A DNA stretch of 64,000 nt from Candidatus Oxydemutatoraceae bacterium. Lineage in GTDB: Bacteria > Pseudomonadota > Gammaproteobacteria > Poriferisulfidales > Oxydemutatoraceae. Positions 60,144-64,000 of the stretch are shown one piece after another; within the stretch, counting starts at the first letter, position 1, and each line of letters starts with the position of its first letter. The stretch is taken from positions 1,324,769 to 1,388,768 of the forward strand of contig OZ244779.1 of NCBI GenBank assembly GCA_965219575.1, in the 5' to 3' direction. The notes beneath the pieces are model-generated. The model was not told where the DNA came from. It saw only the letters and a list, made by a program, of their open reading frames with translations, and searched no databases. A program made the position numbers and the translations under genes.

Positions 60144-61118
60144 TCAACAATAATTCGTGTCAAACGGTTGCTTGTGCGTGGTGACCCCGTAAATAATACG
60201 CGTGAGCTTATGAGCGCAAGCAACAATAATCTGCTTTTTAGTTAACTCCGGACGCCGGCGACTTAATTGGTCGGCAAATGTACGGATGGTCGGGTTATGA
60301 ACCCGTGCCGAGAGTGCTGCCATAAATAGGAGGTTGCGCAAGTCGGCATTGCCCTGTTTAGAGATGGGCGTAGGCGAGTTGCAGTTGCCGGATTGCTTGT
60401 GCTTGGGCGTGATGCCGATATAGGCGGCGAGTTGCTTTGGATGGCGAAACGTATTATCATCCAGTACTGCACACAGGGCAGCCGCAGTTTGAGTTCCGAT
60501 TCCAGGAATGGAACACAGCAACTGGTGAAGCTGTGTGAGGTGCTCGTCTTGAGCGATGATTTTGTCCATTGAGGCATTAATCTTATCGATCTGCTTCTCA
60601 TGGTTCTTCAGGCTAGTGGCTGCCACCTTTTTTTGCTTCGCATCGCGCAGAGTTTTAGCGCAATTGCTTAACATCGTACGACACTTGACTAATTCCCTGC
60701 GCCATTTCAGTGCGTCGCGCAAGGCTTGTACAGCCGGTGAGGGTTTTTGCCAATCGTCTTCAGGCGGGATAGCAAATACGAAGCGTGCGATGGTACGCGC
60801 ATCAACGCGATCGGTTTTACTGCGTATGCCGAGCGAGTCGCGGAATCTAGAGATCAGCACCGGTGCTGCCACGGTGATTGGATGCCCGGCATCATAGCCG
60901 GCCATGCACAGGTCTAGTTCAAGACCGCCGGTCGCCTCAACGCAGATGCGACACTGCTGTGCGCGGTGTTTGCTCGCCCAAGCTAACAACTGCTTGATGC
61001 CTTGGGCATCACTACTAAATTGTTGCTCGGCAAAACTATTATCGGTGAATAATAGAGCCGCCTCTAAAGTGTCTTTAGAGACATCAACGCCAATCGTGAC
61101 GGGTTGTTTGTTTTCCAT
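60144..61118 (-). CDS. IS110 recombinase
   Basis: GVDVSK, VEATG, KTDRVDA, KQSG. Confidence 0.95.
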   Translation of the reverse strand: MENKQPVTIGVDVSKDTLEAALLFTDNSFAEQQFSSDAQGIKQLLAWASKHRAQQCRICVEATGGLELDLCMAGYDAGHPITVAAPVLISRFRDSLGIRSKTDRVDARTIARFVFAIPPEDDWQKPSPAVQALRDALKWRRELVKCRTMLSNCAKTLRDAKQKKVAATSLKNHEKQIDKINASMDKIIAQDEHLTQLHQLLCSIPGIGTQTAAALCAVLDDNTFRHPKQLAAYIGITPKHKQSGNCNSPTPISKQGNADLRNLLFMAALSARVHNPTIRTFADQLSRRRPELTKKQIIVACAHKLTRIIYGVTTHKQPFDTNYC

Positions 61119-61178
61119 AATAAATTACTCCATAAGGGTTGGTTAATGAATGAAATACTAGGTATCAAACACAGTTTA

Positions 61179-61377
61179 GGAAAGTATGACTACGCCGCCC
61201 ACACAGGTAAATACGAGATCTAAAGTCTCAAGCTGCCTTCCGAGCTCTATAGTCATAGCGCCGGAGGAGTGCTTTTCATGCTAACAGGCTTTAATGCCTC
61301 GTCCGTCCTGCGGCGTGTCTCCTCCGACTTCCTAGGTACTGCAACTACCTAAGCATTTATCTTATATAAATAAGCTA
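61179..61377 (-). ncRNA. Predicted bridge RNA, copy 2
   Basis: Identical by eye to 51884-52082. Confidence 0.85.
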
Positions 61378-61922
61378 GGGTTTAATATACCTGTCCGCCC
61401 GTAGCGCGTTGGTCGGCACGATTTATACATTCATCCATCCGATTTATGGAAACCAAAACCATCCGGCGCAAGCGGTTCCAGCCGTGCAGAACGGTACTTT
61501 AGGGCAGACATCAGAGTTGCCGATTGACCTACCGGTTCAATCGGCGGCTTTATACTGCCCCTACAGGTGGTTTGCAAATGTTCATGGCGCAAAGCGGTTG
61601 CAATTGTGAGAAACAGCACTTTTTCAACAGCCTGATGATGCGACTACCCCGTCAGGCTGAATAGAACCGCCGATTGAACCGGTAGGTCAATCGGCGTGAC
61701 TTTGTTCAGAACCTCAACATGCCTGCTAAACGCGTGCATTGCAAAATGCATAGGCCACCCCTCCGAAGGAGGGGAATGGTACGCTCTTACATTTCGTGGT
61801 TTACATCGCCAGCGATATGATTTCGTTGATTTATGCTATGATAATGTTTTTCAATTTTAGGATTACGCAGAGGCATCGGCTTACTGCAATAACCCGTTAT
61901 ATCTAAGCAATAGGAGAATATT

Positions 61923-63272
61923 ATGTCTAAGATAATTAGTAAATTGTTTCCCGCACTATTTTTGGTAGTGGGATTAGTGTCCGTCTCTCAAGCGGACGAA
62001 ACCTGTATGTCGCCGTATATGGCAAAGATAGTCGGGCAGGAAGACTATGTCTATGTCTGGACTTTAGGTGTTGAAGGTTTAGGAGACGAACAAGACAAGC
62101 TTGTTACCATAGATGTCAACCCCTCATCCGATACTTATGGAAAAGTCGTTCATACTTTATCGGTGGGTGGGCGCAACGAAGCACACCATTCCGGTCTAAG
62201 TGACGACCGCCGTTATTTGTGGGCCGGTGGACTGGACAGCAACAAGGTTTTCATATTCGATGTGCATAGTAACCCACGCCAACCGCGTTTGCATAAAGTA
62301 ATCAGTGATTTTGTTTCTAAAACAGACGGTTTGGTCGGGCCGCATACTTTCTATGCACTACCGGGACGGATGATGATTACCGCTTTATCCAATAATAAAG
62401 ATCACGGCGGACGTACCGGCCTGGCAGAATACACCAACGAGGGCGAGTATATTACAACGCACTGGAAGCCTACCGATGGTGATTTGCGCGGTGCGAAGAA
62501 GACCGGACAATTTGCCGACGGCTACGGCTATGATCTACGCGTGTTGCCTCGCCGCAACATGATGTTGACTTCGTCTTTTACCGGCTGGTCCAACTACATG
62601 ATGGACTTCGGCAAAATGCTCAAAGATCCGGAAGCGATGAAACGTTTCGGCAACACGATGGTGTTGTGGGACATGCACAGCCGTAAACCTAGAAAGGTAT
62701 TCGATGTCCCCGGAGCACCGTTGGAAATACGTTGTGCTTGGCAGCCGAACCATAATTATTGCTTCACGACCACCGCATTGACTTCCAAAATTTGGTTGGT
62801 CTACGAAGACATAGAGAGCGGTGAATGGAATGCTCAAGCGGTTGCCGACATCGGCAATCCGGCAGACGTGCCTTTGCCGGTAGACATTTCTATCACTTCG
62901 GACGACAGCGGTCTTTGGGTGCAGACTTTCATGGACGGCAAGACTCGTTATTTTGATATTACCGATCCGTTCAATCCTAAGCAAGTCTATGAGCATGTTA
63001 TCGGCTCGCAAGTTAATATGATTTCACAAAGTTGGGACGGCAAGCGGGCTTATTTCACATCGTCTCTATTGGGAATGTGGGATAAGACCGGAGAGGACGA
63101 CGAGCAATTCTTCAAAGCCTTCGTTTGGGACGGAGACGAGTTGGATCAGCAGTTCATGATTGATTTCTATGCAGAAAAGCTGGGTAGAGCGCATCAAATG
63201 CGCTTCGGTGCTTATTCCTTATACGGTGCCGCACCTTCGGATAGCGAAACCAAGCTAACATACGATCAATAA
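61923..63272 (+). CDS. mtoX: Methanethiol oxidase (SBP56 family), periplasmic
   Basis: Signal peptide then DETCMSPY; EAHH, GPHT, SSFTGW, TSSLL..WD. Confidence 0.88.
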   Translation: MSKIISKLFPALFLVVGLVSVSQADETCMSPYMAKIVGQEDYVYVWTLGVEGLGDEQDKLVTIDVNPSSDTYGKVVHTLSVGGRNEAHHSGLSDDRRYLWAGGLDSNKVFIFDVHSNPRQPRLHKVISDFVSKTDGLVGPHTFYALPGRMMITALSNNKDHGGRTGLAEYTNEGEYITTHWKPTDGDLRGAKKTGQFADGYGYDLRVLPRRNMMLTSSFTGWSNYMMDFGKMLKDPEAMKRFGNTMVLWDMHSRKPRKVFDVPGAPLEIRCAWQPNHNYCFTTTALTSKIWLVYEDIESGEWNAQAVADIGNPADVPLPVDISITSDDSGLWVQTFMDGKTRYFDITDPFNPKQVYEHVIGSQVNMISQSWDGKRAYFTSSLLGMWDKTGEDDEQFFKAFVWDGDELDQQFMIDFYAEKLGRAHQMRFGAYSLYGAAPSDSETKLTYDQ

Positions 63273-63309
63273 GAAAATCATGTCATAGACGATCCTATTC
63301 GTGTTACCG

Positions 63310-63346
63310 AAGGTTCCGCCGCATATAATTGTGGCGGAACCTTTTT
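63310..63346 (+). terminator. Intrinsic terminator
   Basis: AAGGTTCCGCCGCA-TATAAT-TGTGGCGGAACCTT followed by TTT. Confidence 0.75.
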
Positions 63347-63365
63347 ATGATACCTTGCATTTGAT

Positions 63366-64000
63366 ATGGGAGATCTAAAACAACATTCTGCGCGTATTCA
63401 TTATCGGCGTGGGCGAGGCGCATTGAGCCGGCATTGCTCTCGTTTTTCCGAAACACATAGCGAGGCGGTAGCGGACGACTGGCGCACCGAGGCGGAAGCC
63501 GAAAGCAAACCACAGACTGTGTTGCATGCTACCCCTATACGCAGCCTGATCAACTATAACACTTCCCCCGATATTAGTTCCGACCGCACGATCAATCCGT
63601 ATCGCGGTTGTGAACACGGATGTATCTATTGTTTTGCGCGCCCCACCCATAGTTATATGGATTTATCCGCAGGCTTGGATTTTGAGACACAGATATTCTA
63701 TAAACCCGATGCGGTTGCCGTGCTAAAGAGCGAGTTATCCAAAAAAAGTTATAGATGCCGTCCCGTCGTATTGGGGGCCAATACCGACGCATATCAGCCG
63801 GCCGAGCGCAAGCTCAAATTAACCCGAGGCATACTGGAGGTATTACACCGAAGCCGCCATCCGGTTTCGTTAATCACCAAATCTACGTTGATACGGCGCG
63901 ACCTAGATTTATTATCGGAAATGGCAAACTTAGGGTTGGTTAATGCATGGGTGTCGGTTACGACTTTGGATCGCACCTTGTCGCGACGCATGGAACCGCG
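63366..64000 (+). CDS. PA0069-family radical SAM protein, 3' end outside the window (not in the ORF track)
   Basis: Translated by hand: GRGA, SPDI, INPYRGCEHGCIYCFARP, NTDAYQPAE, ITKS. Confidence 0.9.
   Translation, partial: MGDLKQHSARIHYRRGRGALSRHCSRFSETHSEAVADDWRTEAEAESKPQTVLHATPIRSLINYNTSPDISSDRTINPYRGCEHGCIYCFARPTHSYMDLSAGLDFETQIFYKPDAVAVLKSELSKKSYRCRPVVLGANTDAYQPAERKLKLTRGILEVLHRSRHPVSLITKSTLIRRDLDLLSEMANLGLVNAWVSVTTLDRTLSRRMEP

Larger units (their letters stand above)
60069..61393 (-). mobile_element. IS110-family element, copy 2
   Basis: Core TG at 60067-60068 and 61392-61393, same REP position as copy 1. Confidence 0.92.
60022..61632. mobile_element. MITE-like modular repeat interrupted by IS110 copy 2
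   Basis: TIRs at 60022 and 61632; extra partial units at 59929-60005 and 61663-61781. Confidence 0.8.

Noticed and set aside
50772-61393. Composite transposon bounded by the two IS110 copies
   Set aside because: Each copy sits in its own complete MITE, and the interval holds a tRNA and apparent core genes; independent insertions are simpler

Overview
Bacterial chromosomal window, most likely a gammaproteobacterium and possibly host-associated (inferred from giant repetitive surface proteins and abundant dispersed repeats). The housekeeping backbone comprises tRNA-Val, thrS-infC-rpmI-rplT-pheS-pheT-ihfA-merR-tRNA-Pro, phoBR, pstCAB, phoU and an OprO/P porin with Pho boxes, argD/argF, sat-cysC, sdhCDAB-sdhE, icd, aceA, an Fe(III) ABC transporter, a compact pilMN-O-P-Q-B-like cluster, tRNA-Leu, the C1/sulfur genes mptG, mtdB and mtoX, and a partial radical SAM gene. 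Accessory content includes two very large surface proteins sharing a C-terminal motif, three tandem-repeat coiled-coil membrane proteins, an IS3 element, IS256 end remnants and a modular MITE/REP repeat family. Best-supported discovery: two IS110 elements with divergent recombinases carry an identical ~215-bp non-coding end that folds as a bridge RNA whose guide segments match both the REP palindrome they inserted into and their own circular junction. Further candidates are a structured ncRNA abutting a PBECR2-like nuclease remnant, a 23-bp array upstream of a DUF4143 ATPase, and a possible new C-terminal sorting signal. All calls were made by eye, without database searches.
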